Shown here in pieces: positions 22,934-34,724 of a stretch of DNA of 64,000 nucleotides. This stretch comes from Tubulanus polymorphus (Eukaryota > Animalia > Nemertea). The stretch covers positions 21,324,345 through 21,388,344 of the forward strand of contig NC_134028.1 of assembly GCF_964204645.1 (NCBI RefSeq), in the 5' to 3' direction. Within the stretch, counting starts at the first letter, position 1; every line of letters begins with the position of its first letter. The position numbers and the translations under genes are program-made. The notes below the pieces were generated by a model. It searched no databases. It was not told where the DNA came from and worked only from the letters and a program-made list of their open reading frames with translations.

Positions 22934-24137
22934 CACAGGGGTTTGGCGATGGGCTTGGATTTTATTTCCGGGTTGTTGATAATCTCGCGAGAATGGCTCT
23001 ACATATGAACTGCGAATAAATTCAAAATATCACGGAAATACCTTGTGTTTACATTGTTGATTTATCCGCTATAAAGTTTCGTAAAAATTGGTCGTTAAGA
23101 ATCATTATCAGACGGTCGTCACGCTACTATATAAAATAACAAGGGATGAAACGCCTTCAGAGTTGTGCCAGCCAGAAAGTTGGGACAGTCACGTGACATT
23201 CTGATGATGTCATCACATTTAAAACTTTAACATGAAAAGTTAACATATTCACAGACCGATATCAATTGTCAGATTATGATTCATATGAAATTAATAACTT
23301 ATAAAGAATAAATTGTGATCAAATATATAATTCATAGAAAAAAATGCATTTGAATGTAAGTTATTCTCAAATATTTTTCGTATCATAGTTTCTATCTTAG
23401 ATGCTTCGGGTTTGCATTCAGTCAAATAAGAAGCGCGACTGTCACGTGACTGTCCCAACTTTCTGGCTGGCATGAATTGAACTGCGTTTCATCCCTTGTG
23501 ATTTTATATAGTAAAGCGTGACGACTGTCTGATGATGATCCTTTACGACCAATTGTTTATCGGAACTTTATAGCGGATAAATAAACAGTATAAAAACAAG
23601 GTATTTCTATGATATTTTGAATTTATTTGCAGTTCATATTTAGCGCCATTCTCGCGAGATTATCAAAAACCCGGAAATAAAATCCAAGCCCATCGCCAAA
23701 CCCCGCAATTTAGGTAATGTTGAAACCATCCACAAAACGGAATATTGAAAAGAGACAAAATGGCGGCTTTTTGAATCGCAGAAGGGGTAGGGTTTAGGGT
23801 CTAGGGTTTAGGGTCTAGAGGGTCCAGAGGGTTAGGGTCAAGAGGGTCCAGAGGGTTAGGGCTACGGGAAGGATTAGGGTTAGGGTTAGGTTCCGTTACA
23901 TATTATAACATTGTAGGGTTAGGATGAGGCTATAAGTAGTTAAAAAGTTTCAACTGAACGAAGCAATCGTCGTAGCGCTTTGGGGTAACGTTAGGCTTGC
24001 ACTCTTGTGCTTGCGTGTTCAAATCCCAATTTTCGTGAATCTTTCTCAGAATTTTCTAAGTCCAGCGCATTCGCGCATGCGCATTGGATTGATTTGTGGA
24101 TGGTTTCAACATTACACAAATTGCCCAAACCCCTGTG
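22934..24137. mobile_element. MITE with about 265-bp imperfect TIRs and 8-bp TSD (hAT- or P-like)
   Basis: Ends CACAGGGGTTTGGCG...CCAAACCCCTGTG; TSD CACCTCTC at 22926-22933 and 24138-24145. Confidence 0.85.
23705..24124. mobile_element. Nested 420-bp MITE with 32-bp TIRs and 9-bp TSD (Mutator-like)
   Basis: GCAATTTAGGTAATGTTGAAACCATCCACAAA and its inverse with 2 mismatches; TSD CCAAACCCC at 23696-23704 and 24125-24133; internal TTAGGG-like repeats. Confidence 0.85.
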
Positions 24138-26931
24138 CACCTCTCGTGATTGACGCAATCTGCTGAATGACAGAATCCAGGCTAAAATCTTTCTACTCTC
24201 TCTGACTCTATTGAAGATATCTTACAATTAGCCAATGGCAATGTACTGAATTGCTGATGACGTTTTGAATCTGAAACAATGATAATTAATTTAATTGATT
24301 TTACCGTTTACGCGGAGAGGTGCGGATCAGCACTTTTACCCAAAAATCCTCTACCTTTCAACTTTAAGTGAAAAGCTCGTGGTGATTTCAGCGTCTAAAA
24401 CCAACAAACGATACATCAATCGAAGCGCAACATCTCATATTTGGTTCATAACCAGAATTTATTCATCAAATGAACTTATTCTGAGTTTGAGAGAGCAAAA
24501 TTTGCAGAAAAGCGGAAAGCTAAACGCCCAGATACAAATGCAAATTCAAATTTACTGCGCAAACTTTCTGAGGAATATATTCGCGACGGTTTTGGTAGTT
24601 TAAAATACAATCCATGTGATAAGACCCACGTAGAATACAATTTCAATGATCTAACGGGATTAATTAGTCATTTCAAAGTAGTTTCCTGAAAGTTTGCGCA
24701 ATAAATGAATTTGAACCAAGATTCTTAAAACAGCACTGAAACTTCTCAATTGGCAATTTTTCGGATGCATAAAAATCATAGCTTATAAGACTATATATAC
24801 TAAATGACAGCATGTAGTCCGTTGTACTCGGTAACAAAAAAGACTTCTGAGTTTGGTTGACCGGTTTCCGATTATGAAAGCATACTAAAACAAAAACCTA
24901 CGAGAGTAAGATATAGTATTCTTTTTTAGTACCACACTTTAAAATAATTCGAGTCTCAAATGCTCAAAACCCTGGATAGTAGCGATTCCATTTCTGATAA
25001 AGTTTAGTTACGACTTGCATTCTTTTGCTAAGTTTGAGTTTAGATCTTTATTGAATAGTGAATTTGTGTTACGACCGATATTTTTAGTTTTTACACATTT
25101 AGATGCTTGATTATAGTTTAGTTGAAATTTTCCCCGTTAATCCTACGCGTAGATAGAATATATAAGTTAAAAACCTACGTACCTATATTCACGGGCATCA
25201 ACCCTAATTTGGTGCGCAGGTCTAGTGCTCTGTACGGCGAGCAACAAGTGAGCGAACGGGACCTATTCGTAACCACACGCATGTGAACAATGGCTGCTCA
25301 AACAATAACCAAGCTATATTTAGCTGTGCATCCGGTGTATTGTGTTCCTCTCTACCGAGCAGGCTAACGAGGGGGAAATCTATGAGACGATAAATGCTCC
25401 TAGCCTATTCAATTGGCCAAACAAAATAATGCCAGAATATATAATAATTATATATAATCCGTATATATAATATATATAATAATGTATATTATTCAAACGA
25501 CAGCGAAATAGGGAGCATTTTGCGAACTAGTAACATCTCTTATTTCGGAACGGGATAGTATTTTGAAATCCTTGTAAATTCTCGGGTCTAACAATTCGAC
25601 CGATAGTATCATTCGGATTTTTCTTGCATTTTTTGTTTTTTTTTGTTTTGTTTTTTTCAATGATCATATGATGTAATGACTGCATCGTATACTGTATGCC
25701 GCATTTAACCTCTCATCCCTGAATTGCCAGAGCCAACAGCCTATGATTAACACCTGCATAATGTAGGTAGAATGCCCTCCCCCGTAAAAATCCAACATCC
25801 AAAATCAAACTTAAGTAAAAACCTTAATGAAATAGGTAATACTTTTTACAATAATAAGGTTTAGGGATGTAGCTTAGGTCTTTGAAGCACTAAAAAAACT
25901 GTTCAAGGAATTTCGTCAAATTTGGATTTTATAATAAATTCTAACGTTTTTGATATTTCAACTCTTCTAATGTCCGCGGGACTAGGATTTACTTATTCAT
26001 TCGCGACACAATGCGAGGTTCTTTAACCTCGTCTCTAACTTTTCACCCCCAAATATGATATCAACTTGGGCCAACGAGTCTAGCGTGCATCGCACTATAA
26101 AATCAGTTTAGGGCGTCTTTTCGGTCATTAGCATTTTATCAAAATTAGTATATAACAATGAATTGATATCTTCTGGAAGTGGTTTTGAAAAATCTATGCG
26201 AAAGGATCATCAGATCGCTGAGGGATAAAGAGATGCCTAGGCTGATCTGATCAGCTTAAATCCTGCCAAGTCAAGTATTATTTCATTATGTCAACTCTCA
26301 AAATAACGCGGAACAGTTAAAAAGATTTTTTTCAAATAAACGAGCTTGCTTCTAAGACAATTACGGACAAAAACCAGGTATAATACGTAGGCTTACAATG
26401 TGAAAAAACCTATTTAGATACGCACTTTAATTGCTGCTGGTATATAGAACCTAGCCGGGAACCCGCAACAACGTCTGGTATTCCGACTATCGCTGGTGAT
26501 GTTTTCAAACCACGAAGTTTGAATTGTATTTTTTGAGTAGTAAATGTATATATGTACGAATTGAACTCAGCTGATATTGAGAAAAGTCCAAAACGAGATA
26601 AAGATAAAACCACAACGCACTCTCTGAAAAGGACAGAGGATGCATGGAATTCAGAGAACCACGAGAACTACCCGAAATGATAACATTAAGCTTTAATTGT
26701 GTCCAAACGATGGTGTATTATGGTAATGTAAATGTTCACATTTCCTATGAGTATAGGCGTACAGACATAACGATTAATGTTGTTATATCCTTTACTACTT
26801 TACAAAGTGACGGGTGCCGATATAGAAACGGCGTTAGGACATATTATATTTGATATTTTCCGAAATGTAATGTATAGTTCTGAAAGTACTGTATTTATAG
26901 AAATTTATTGTATGAAATTAAGGACCATGAT

Positions 26932-27083
26932 TATGGAAGACCTCAGACGACATACGAGATATGAGATATAACATACGAGATATGAGATGCAACATACGAG
27001 ATACGACATATGACATACGAGATACGACTTATTTACAGTACGGGTGTCCGTCCGCTAGCGCCACCGCAGTGTATATTTTTCAA
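26932..27083 (+). repeat. About 150 bp repeat with an inverted copy at 36337-36489
   Basis: TATGGAAGACCTCAGACGACATACGAGAT...GCTAGCGCCACCGCAGTGTAT. Confidence 0.85.
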
Positions 27084-27138
27084 CATCTACTCGGCGTTGC
27101 GGCGTATACTACGACACGTGCGCAGGCAGTGACGTATA

Positions 27139-27567
27139 TGTGACAGAGCTTTTCCTCACGAACCCAGGTTACGGAGCTTTTTCTTACAATTGCTCTTAAC
27201 CTGCCCTGTCGGATCTATTATAAATCGCTCGAGCCCCTGACGGCGGATCTGCATGCAGGACAAAAGAGGTTCGCACGAAGCGACGGTTGTCTCCTCAGTG
27301 ATTCCTCTCCGACGAGGCGCGGAAATACGATCCTTACAGCTTCCTCCGTCCGACGACGCCGACTCTAAATAAACATAACATAAGATCGAAATTAAATACG
27401 ATCGAGTTTATTTACATACAGCAGGCAGAAATCAAACCATGTCGTTTGATTTCCTATACCAGAGTGGAGACTATACAACACACTATAAAGAGGGCACACT
27501 AAGTGGAGGCGCCACTATACAGTGCTATTAAAGAGTCCTCATACATCACCCGAATCACTCTCTCACA
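27139..27567 (-). repeat. 3' LTR
   Basis: No differences from 34296-34724 seen by eye; adjacent polypurine tract AGCGGGAGAG on the minus strand at 27568-27577. Confidence 0.95.
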
Positions 27568-28082
27568 CTCTCCCGCTGCTAAAATGATATAGTCCCTATA
27601 TTTAACAACTATGATGAAAGCCAGCACGAATTTTACAGTTAACTCCTATAACTAAAACTCATTTCACAGTCACTTGAACAGAAACAGGTCCTTGATGACC
27701 CCTTAACCCCTTAACATACTTAGATCGAGAATATAACCCTGATTATAAAAGGGAAATCTTGATTGATACAAATAAGCCCTAATATTAAACTCCTGACAGC
27801 TAATTTGGAATTCCAGATTCGGTAAATAGAGGGAATGCCCGCAATCAATAGATTCACTTTCACACCCTAATTACGCGAGTTTTACAATTTTTTTTCAAAC
27901 AACCCCGTACAGAACTGTCTGAACCATTAAAAATATCTCATCACAACCTGACAAGCAATTTAAAAGGAAAAAAAAAAAAAAAAAAAAAAAAAAAACAACA
28001 ACAACAACGACGCATGTCTTTTTCCCATTTACTCGTCATAATACCAATAACAGTTACACTAATAATATTTCGCAATTACCTT

Positions 28083-31000
28083 CTACCCCTTCCCCTCTTT
28101 CAAAAATGACGGCCACACCGTAATAACACCTCCAGTCAAAACGAAATCTCCTAATCGAACTGGTAATCGCCGTACACGAGTAGACCTACGGGGTACAACC
28201 TCTTCAGCTTCGTCATCCCCAACGACGTTTTGATCCATAACGTCGATTTCAACACGATTGCTTCCAGGCTCACCGACACCCAAATCATCCTGACTTATAT
28301 CTAACATAGGATCTGGACTCACTAGTACCGAAACTGGAGAATCAATTTCCTCATATGACCTGGGTATACCAGATTCATTTCCGGGTTCAGTCCCAGCGGG
28401 TACTGTAGTCCTTACGCAGTTTTCCAACGCTTCGGCTTCACCCTGACTTGTCGTAGGAACCACTTTTGGCGTATCATCAAATTTCCTCTGCTGGTGGCTA
28501 ACCCGAAGCAATAATTCCTCCCCTCGTTCATCCTCTTCGGATTCTTCGGAGAGCGTAGATTCCCCCAGAACAACTGCTGACTTTGGACTTTTCAATTCCT
28601 TGGACAGATTGCTGGCACTAGAAGTTGATTCCCTCAAAGGGAAGGGCAAAGCATACAACATATTTCGGTGTAAGGTTCGGTGCTTTCCTGTTCTCAAACT
28701 CTCAACCACATATACTGGGAAGTCTTCATTAGGCTTATGTACTACTACATAATCCTCATCTATCCATCGATCCGACAATTTATTTTGAGCATTTGGGCCC
28801 ACGTTTTTCACCAGCACTCGATCGCCGCTCTGTAGCACTCGGCCTTTCGCCTTAAAGTCATAATACTTACCGGACTTAACTGCGGCCTTCTCTATCCTGT
28901 CACGAGCCAATTTCCATACCCTTTCGATATCCTGTTGGAGCTCTTCACCAAATTTCGTTCGACAATTCAATTTATCCAATCCGAAAACTCGATCCAACGC
29001 CAAGACAGGTTCCCGTCCGAACAACAAGTAGTATGGACTAACTCCTACAGTACTATGGGGGGTGCAGTTGTATTGCCACACCACCTTTTGCAAGAACTCT
29101 TTCCATTTGCCTTTCTGATTGGGTTCTAAAAGGGACAAGCGTTGAATCAGTGTCCCATTCATCCTCTCAACACACCCATTTCCTTGAGGATGGTAAGGAG
29201 TAGTACGGCTTTTGTCCATTCCTAACAACTGACAAAGTTCCTTTATGACTTCACTCTCGAAATTCCTTCCCTGATCACTGTGCAATCTCCGAGGAATTCC
29301 ATATTTCACGATGAAGTTGTCGAATATGGCTTTAGCAGTGGTTCTCGCTAGCTGGTTCTTAGTCGGAATCACGACGGCAAACTTCGAAAAATGATCCGTT
29401 AATACTAACAAGTTCTCAAATCCTTGCGACGGTTCCAGCTTGAGGAAATCCATACACAACAATTCCAAGGGTTCCGAAGTTAGAATGGACTCTAATGGTG
29501 CCTGTTGAGTTGGAGACTTATTGAGAACACACCTGCGACAGGACTTCGCATACCGGTCTATATCCGAAAACATTCTAGGCCACAGAAATCGGGACTGGAT
29601 CACGGACCACATTTTATCCTTACCTATGTGACCTAATGCTTCATGCGCGTAATACAAAATTACATCTTTCTTGTCCTCAGGAACCAGAGCCTGCACGTAT
29701 TCCTTTCCATCTACCATCTTCTTTCGAACAACCATGTCCTCCACAATCGCTAGAGAAGGAAAATATTTCACGAAACGTTGTTCCTCCCGACTATCTGGCC
29801 GAAACTTCTTCTTAAGGATTATACATTGTTTTAATTTCCTGATTACCTCATCCGATTCCTGAAGTTTCACCAGGTCCTCTTTCGGTAACTGAGTCGTCCA
29901 ATGATCGATGTCGTCCAGGACGCAGGTAGGAACCGCTGATGTAAACGCTGCCGAACATACCGCTCTCACCACCTGTGATGACACCCGCCGGCTGAGAGTA
30001 TCCGCATCAATCATTCCTTTCCCCGGGGTATACACCATATCCAGATCATACACTGAAAGAGACTGAAGCCACCTGTGACTAGCCGCGTCTAATTTAGCAC
30101 TATGCAGCACATAGGTTAATGGATTATTATCCGTTTCAACAGTACAAGTGTGCCCGTACAAATAATCGTGAAAAACATCCGTCACAGCCCACTTTAACGC
30201 CAGAAATTCTAACTTGTGAATTGCGTACCGAGCTTCAGAATCTTTAACTGCGCGACTTGCATAACCAATTACTCTTCTGCAACCGTTCTGTTGCTGATAC
30301 AAGACGGCTCCTAATCCTTGAATCGATGCATCCGTCCTGAGAATAAATGGAAGATTGTAATTCGCGAACCCCAGAATCGGAGGGTTAATTAAACATTCCT
30401 TCAATCGTTGGAACGATTCTTCAGCCTTCTCATTCCAATCCAGCTGACTCTTTTTAACTCTCCCTTTCGAATCTTTCGGAACACCCTTCAACTTGTCCGT
30501 TAACGGCTTTGCGATACGTGCAAAGTTTTCAATAAAGCGTCGGTAGAAACTGGCAAATCCGAGAAATGAACGTAACTCGCTGATTGTTGTCGGTCTTTCC
30601 CATTTCCGAATTGTCTCCGTTTTCGCTGGGTCCGTCCGAATACCCTTTTCGGAAATAACATGCCCTAGATAATGAACTTCTGGTTTCATGAAAACACATT
30701 TCGATGGTTTGACCTTTAACCCCGCCTTCTCCAGCCGACGAAATACTTCATTCAGTCTTTCTATATGCTGCTTCGCCCCTTTTGAAAAAACAATTATATC
30801 GTCAATATAAACGATACATGTACGTAAGTTCAAGTCCCCTAGCGCTCGCTCCATCAGCCTCTGAAAAGATGCGGGTGCACCGGTCAGACCAAATGGCATC
30901 TTATTAAATTCATAAAAACCGAAGCCCGGTCCCACGTTAAAGGCCGTCTTCTCCCGATGTCGACGTGACATCTTGAGCTGCCAGTACCCGGATTTCAGAT

Positions 31001-32204
31001 CTAGCACTGTAAACCGATCGCACTCGGCTAGATTATTAAGGACCTCATCAATTCGAGGAAGACTATATCGATCCGGTATTGTTTTCTTGTTCAACTCCCT
31101 ATAATCTATGCAGAACCTGAGCTCGCCATTCTTCTTTCGAACCAATACCACCGGACTGGAGTAAGGACTACAGGAATGTCGAATGACTCCCGCATCCAAC
31201 ATCATCCGCAAATGTTGCCTCACTTCTTCGACCATCCCGGGAGGTATCCTTCGATATCGAAGATTGACGGGTTCTTCATCAGTCAAACGAATCGTATGTT
31301 CGAATAAATCAGTGGAGCCTAGCTCTAAGTCATTGAGCGCAAAAACATGCTTCCATTTCACCAACAACTCCTTAAGCATGGTCTTCTCAACTTCTGTTGT
31401 AACCCCTGTGAGATCCACACTTTTAAAGAACTCTTCATCCGAAACTTCGGTCTTCGACTCAACTCGCCCATCCGTCTTTTCTGACTTATCGTCAACTGTA
31501 ACTTCATCCACTCGAACCAGACTACAAACCGGTTTCTGGGTAGGTATACTTACATCTTGTTCGCTACTGTTACGGATCCGGACTGAAACGCGACAGCATT
31601 TCACATCGGGGAGTGAACTTACCGTGGGAATCACGATTAACTTCCCAGAAGCTCCTTTGAGGTGATTATCAGTCATCACTACACCCCCAACACCATCGGT
31701 TCTCACCATTCCGTGTACCGTGACTTCTGTCCCTGCTTGAATCCGTATGTTTCGTGTCGATCTAACCGTACCTATTTTACAATCCCTTTTCTCAGAAAAC
31801 GGCAACCCAGACATCCGTTGTATGACATTGGTTCCAATTAGAAATGGTACTTGTTGATGGTATTCCGTGGACTCTACAACCAATGCTAACACATCCAGCT
31901 CTTGTTCCCTGTATTTTATAGAAATTGATACGTAACCATCAAAAGGTAGTCTATCTCCACTTACAGTGTGGACCTCCAATTCTTCAACTATATCTGAAAG
32001 CGGATAAATGTTCACATTCGGAAGTGATTCCCTCACAAACGATCGAGAAACAGTTGTTACCATCGATCCAGAGTCAACCAAAGCTCTACAAGGTACTTCA
32101 TTTACTGCAATTTCAATCTCATTGGGAGCTCCAACTAATTGGGAAAGGTTGAGGCCTATATTCCCGGCCGAACGTCGCCTCCCTTTGGTATCGACCGGTT
32201 GTCG
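28083..32204 (-). CDS. pol: Gypsy Pol polyprotein (protease, RT, RNase H, integrase), reached by -1 frameshift
   Basis: LVDSGS, YIDD, TDAS, zinc-binding H-H-C-C, HSDQGRNF, GDRVL; the frame is open upstream to the slippery site. Confidence 0.95.
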   Translation of the reverse strand, partial: RQPVDTKGRRRSAGNIGLNLSQLVGAPNEIEIAVNEVPCRALVDSGSMVTTVSRSFVRESLPNVNIYPLSDIVEELEVHTVSGDRLPFDGYVSISIKYREQELDVLALVVESTEYHQQVPFLIGTNVIQRMSGLPFSEKRDCKIGTVRSTRNIRIQAGTEVTVHGMVRTDGVGGVVMTDNHLKGASGKLIVIPTVSSLPDVKCCRVSVRIRNSSEQDVSIPTQKPVCSLVRVDEVTVDDKSEKTDGRVESKTEVSDEEFFKSVDLTGVTTEVEKTMLKELLVKWKHVFALNDLELGSTDLFEHTIRLTDEEPVNLRYRRIPPGMVEEVRQHLRMMLDAGVIRHSCSPYSSPVVLVRKKNGELRFCIDYRELNKKTIPDRYSLPRIDEVLNNLAECDRFTVLDLKSGYWQLKMSRRHREKTAFNVGPGFGFYEFNKMPFGLTGAPASFQRLMERALGDLNLRTCIVYIDDIIVFSKGAKQHIERLNEVFRRLEKAGLKVKPSKCVFMKPEVHYLGHVISEKGIRTDPAKTETIRKWERPTTISELRSFLGFASFYRRFIENFARIAKPLTDKLKGVPKDSKGRVKKSQLDWNEKAEESFQRLKECLINPPILGFANYNLPFILRTDASIQGLGAVLYQQQNGCRRVIGYASRAVKDSEARYAIHKLEFLALKWAVTDVFHDYLYGHTCTVETDNNPLTYVLHSAKLDAASHRWLQSLSVYDLDMVYTPGKGMIDADTLSRRVSSQVVRAVCSAAFTSAVPTCVLDDIDHWTTQLPKEDLVKLQESDEVIRKLKQCIILKKKFRPDSREEQRFVKYFPSLAIVEDMVVRKKMVDGKEYVQALVPEDKKDVILYYAHEALGHIGKDKMWSVIQSRFLWPRMFSDIDRYAKSCRRCVLNKSPTQQAPLESILTSEPLELLCMDFLKLEPSQGFENLLVLTDHFSKFAVVIPTKNQLARTTAKAIFDNFIVKYGIPRRLHSDQGRNFESEVIKELCQLLGMDKSRTTPYHPQGNGCVERMNGTLIQRLSLLEPNQKGKWKEFLQKVVWQYNCTPHSTVGVSPYYLLFGREPVLALDRVFGLDKLNCRTKFGEELQQDIERVWKLARDRIEKAAVKSGKYYDFKAKGRVLQSGDRVLVKNVGPNAQNKLSDRWIDEDYVVVHKPNEDFPVYVVESLRTGKHRTLHRNMLYALPFPLRESTSSASNLSKELKSPKSAVVLGESTLSEESEEDERGEELLLRVSHQQRKFDDTPKVVPTTSQGEAEALENCVRTTVPAGTEPGNESGIPRSYEEIDSPVSVLVSPDPMLDISQDDLGVGEPGSNRVEIDVMDQNVVGDDEAEEVVPRRSTRVRRLPVRLGDFVLTGGVITVWPSFLKEGKG

Positions 32205-33532
32205 TTTCCCTCCTTAGGACAATTTCGTCTCAAGTGCCCTTTCTCCTTACAACCATAGCATCTCCTCTCTCCCAACGGTACAAATGTTGGACGGTCTCTT
32301 GGCCCACTCTGCCAACGACTGCCCCGCCAATTCCTATACTCGAGTTTCTCTTCCTTCAAGGAAGCTATCTCCTTCTCCATTTTGTTGAGATGTTCCAATA
32401 CTTGCTGCATTTGTTGCGCCAAAGATGCAGTGCCGACTTCGGTTTGGCTGACCCGAGCCTGTTGATTATAAGACCTCCGGGGAGAATTTTTCTTTCTCCC
32501 GTTTTCGATTTCACATTCACTATCTGCCTTTCTGGCTTCAATGACTAATTTTCTAAAAGAGTAACCAGGTTCCTTGTAGTGTCGGATAGCCATTTTCAAG
32601 GGAACAGATCTCAATCCCCGCCAGAACTGAACCTTGAGAGTCTCATCGTTTATATAAACTGACCCGTGTCCAGCTGCTTTAACTTTACTGGCTATTTCCT
32701 CGACCCGAGCCGACCAATCAGCAACAGATTCCATTTCCTCCTGTTTCGCGGAATGGAATTTGACCATGATCTCCTCTGCAGACAAAACCTCTCCGTAGAC
32801 CAATTCCATCTTATCCACCACCTGTTGCGTAGTAGGCTCATTATCCCCATCATACAGATTGGTAAGTATCCTGAGCGCAGAACCTCTCAACGACCCGCGA
32901 ATTAACCGCATACACATTGCTTCATTCAATGATTCATCACGGATGAGTCCTTTGACTTCCTGACGCCACTGTATATATGATACTTCCCCTTTATGTTCAG
33001 ATCCACTAAAAACGCATAGACGAGGTGACTGTACGGAAACATTCACCTGAGGGGCGTCCCTAACGTCTACGTTTTGCTGAACCAGAGGTGCAGGTTGATT
33101 AATAAAAGAAGCACCCAAGTCCTCGATTTTAGGGGGATAGAGACTAGGCTTTTCCTCCCAACACCCGGCGGCGGATACTAATTTGTCCACCAACCTACTT
33201 TGTGTGGTTCTGGGAAGACTAGAAAAAGTTTTCACCATCGCGTCTAAATCGCTTTCAGCCTTAACAGCATCATGCAATATCTTATTTTGAGACATGTCAA
33301 CGCCCCGTACTGACAATTTAATTACCTTACTGCCAACAGTTACGGAATGAAAGTGAGCCTCATGACTACGTCGAGCACTCTCAACTAATTCAAAGATAAT
33401 ATAAACACCCTCAGGAGTTGAATATGTAGCCACAATAACACCACAGGTTTTGAAATACTCTTTGCAAAATTCCACAGGGTCAGCGAGAGATCCAATTCCA
33501 CCCACAAAAACGGACCTTTCGTGCAGTGACAT
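32156..33532 (-). CDS. gag: Gypsy Gag (PNMA-like capsid, CCHC knuckle, RRM-like N-terminus)
   Basis: LCVFSG..YIQWRQEV..SLRGSA; CYGCKEKGHLRRNC. Confidence 0.92.
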   Translation of the reverse strand: MSLHERSVFVGGIGSLADPVEFCKEYFKTCGVIVATYSTPEGVYIIFELVESARRSHEAHFHSVTVGSKVIKLSVRGVDMSQNKILHDAVKAESDLDAMVKTFSSLPRTTQSRLVDKLVSAAGCWEEKPSLYPPKIEDLGASFINQPAPLVQQNVDVRDAPQVNVSVQSPRLCVFSGSEHKGEVSYIQWRQEVKGLIRDESLNEAMCMRLIRGSLRGSALRILTNLYDGDNEPTTQQVVDKMELVYGEVLSAEEIMVKFHSAKQEEMESVADWSARVEEIASKVKAAGHGSVYINDETLKVQFWRGLRSVPLKMAIRHYKEPGYSFRKLVIEARKADSECEIENGRKKNSPRRSYNQQARVSQTEVGTASLAQQMQQVLEHLNKMEKEIASLKEEKLEYRNWRGSRWQSGPRDRPTFVPLGERRCYGCKEKGHLRRNCPKEGNDNRSIPKGGDVRPGI

Positions 33533-34275
33533 CCCTGGTTAATATTTTGATCCCACTATTAATGCGTATCCCAAGGTTCGGTATGACCCTGACTACAACC
33601 AAAGCACAAATTAAATATCAATGACATGCAAATATGCAATACAGAAGCTTTTAGACATGCGACATACAAAACAACACATTTAGTTATCAAACCAACTAAT
33701 AATAGATGCCTCAAACAATATGCAATCAAATGATGTAAGCACCAATCTATGGCACACAAACAAAAAAAAAAAAAAAAAAATGAAAAATATTTAAATAATA
33801 GCAATAATTGTAGAATAAAATAATAATGAAAGCTTGGCAGCGCCAAAGATTATACAAACTGAATGGAGACCTAATACAAAATAAACACAAAAAAAATGAA
33901 AAGAAAATGTCCAAGACCGAACAATCTGCAGCAGTCTTAACACCAACTAAACATAAATGTATCTCAATCTGAGCAAAGTAACATAAACACCAACATAAAC
34001 ACAGGACAACACATGCGCACACAACACAGCTATAGCAAGTTAACACAAGAATCTGCTCTACTCTCCAGCCACCTAGCGACGTATATTTTCGTACTCACTA
34101 TTTGCTGAAGACAAACATCGAATTCGAATTTACACCGGTTTTTTTTTGTAGCAGTCGTCCAAATCAACCACTTAATAACAACCAGACGTCCGGTCGACCG
34201 ATTAACGGCGGCAGGCGGTTATACGTTTCCTTCACGGTAACTTCGCCTTCCGTGTACCGAGCAATTTCCAATGAT

Positions 34276-34293
34276 ATCCGGGCGGTGCCTCCA
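34276..34293 (-). promoter_or_regulatory. Primer-binding site, probably for tRNA-Thr
   Basis: TGGAGGCACCGCCCGGAT lies 2 nt inside the 5' LTR and is complementary to the ...GCGGTGCCTCCA end of tRNA-Thr(AGT) as I recall it. Confidence 0.7.
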
Positions 34294-34295
34294 AA

Positions 34296-34724
34296 TGTGA
34301 CAGAGCTTTTCCTCACGAACCCAGGTTACGGAGCTTTTTCTTACAATTGCTCTTAACCTGCCCTGTCGGATCTATTATAAATCGCTCGAGCCCCTGACGG
34401 CGGATCTGCATGCAGGACAAAAGAGGTTCGCACGAAGCGACGGTTGTCTCCTCAGTGATTCCTCTCCGACGAGGCGCGGAAATACGATCCTTACAGCTTC
34501 CTCCGTCCGACGACGCCGACTCTAAATAAACATAACATAAGATCGAAATTAAATACGATCGAGTTTATTTACATACAGCAGGCAGAAATCAAACCATGTC
34601 GTTTGATTTCCTATACCAGAGTGGAGACTATACAACACACTATAAAGAGGGCACACTAAGTGGAGGCGCCACTATACAGTGCTATTAAAGAGTCCTCATA
34701 CATCACCCGAATCACTCTCTCACA
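34296..34724 (-). repeat. 5' LTR
   Basis: Followed on the minus strand by the primer-binding site. Confidence 0.95.

Larger units (their letters stand above)
27139..34724 (-). mobile_element. Full-length Ty3/Gypsy LTR retrotransposon
   Basis: 429-bp TG...CA LTRs, TATA TSD at 27135-27138 and 34725-34728, PBS, PPT, gag, and pol in PR-RT-RH-INT order. Confidence 0.97.

Noticed and set aside
23785-23925. TTAGGG-like repeats as an interstitial telomere or chromosome fusion
   Set aside because: They are short, degenerate and enclosed in a TIR element with its own TSD.
33559-34046. Hydrophobic ORFs upstream of gag as an env or extra gene
   Set aside because: They derive from the low-complexity T-rich 5' UTR, and the position is wrong for env.
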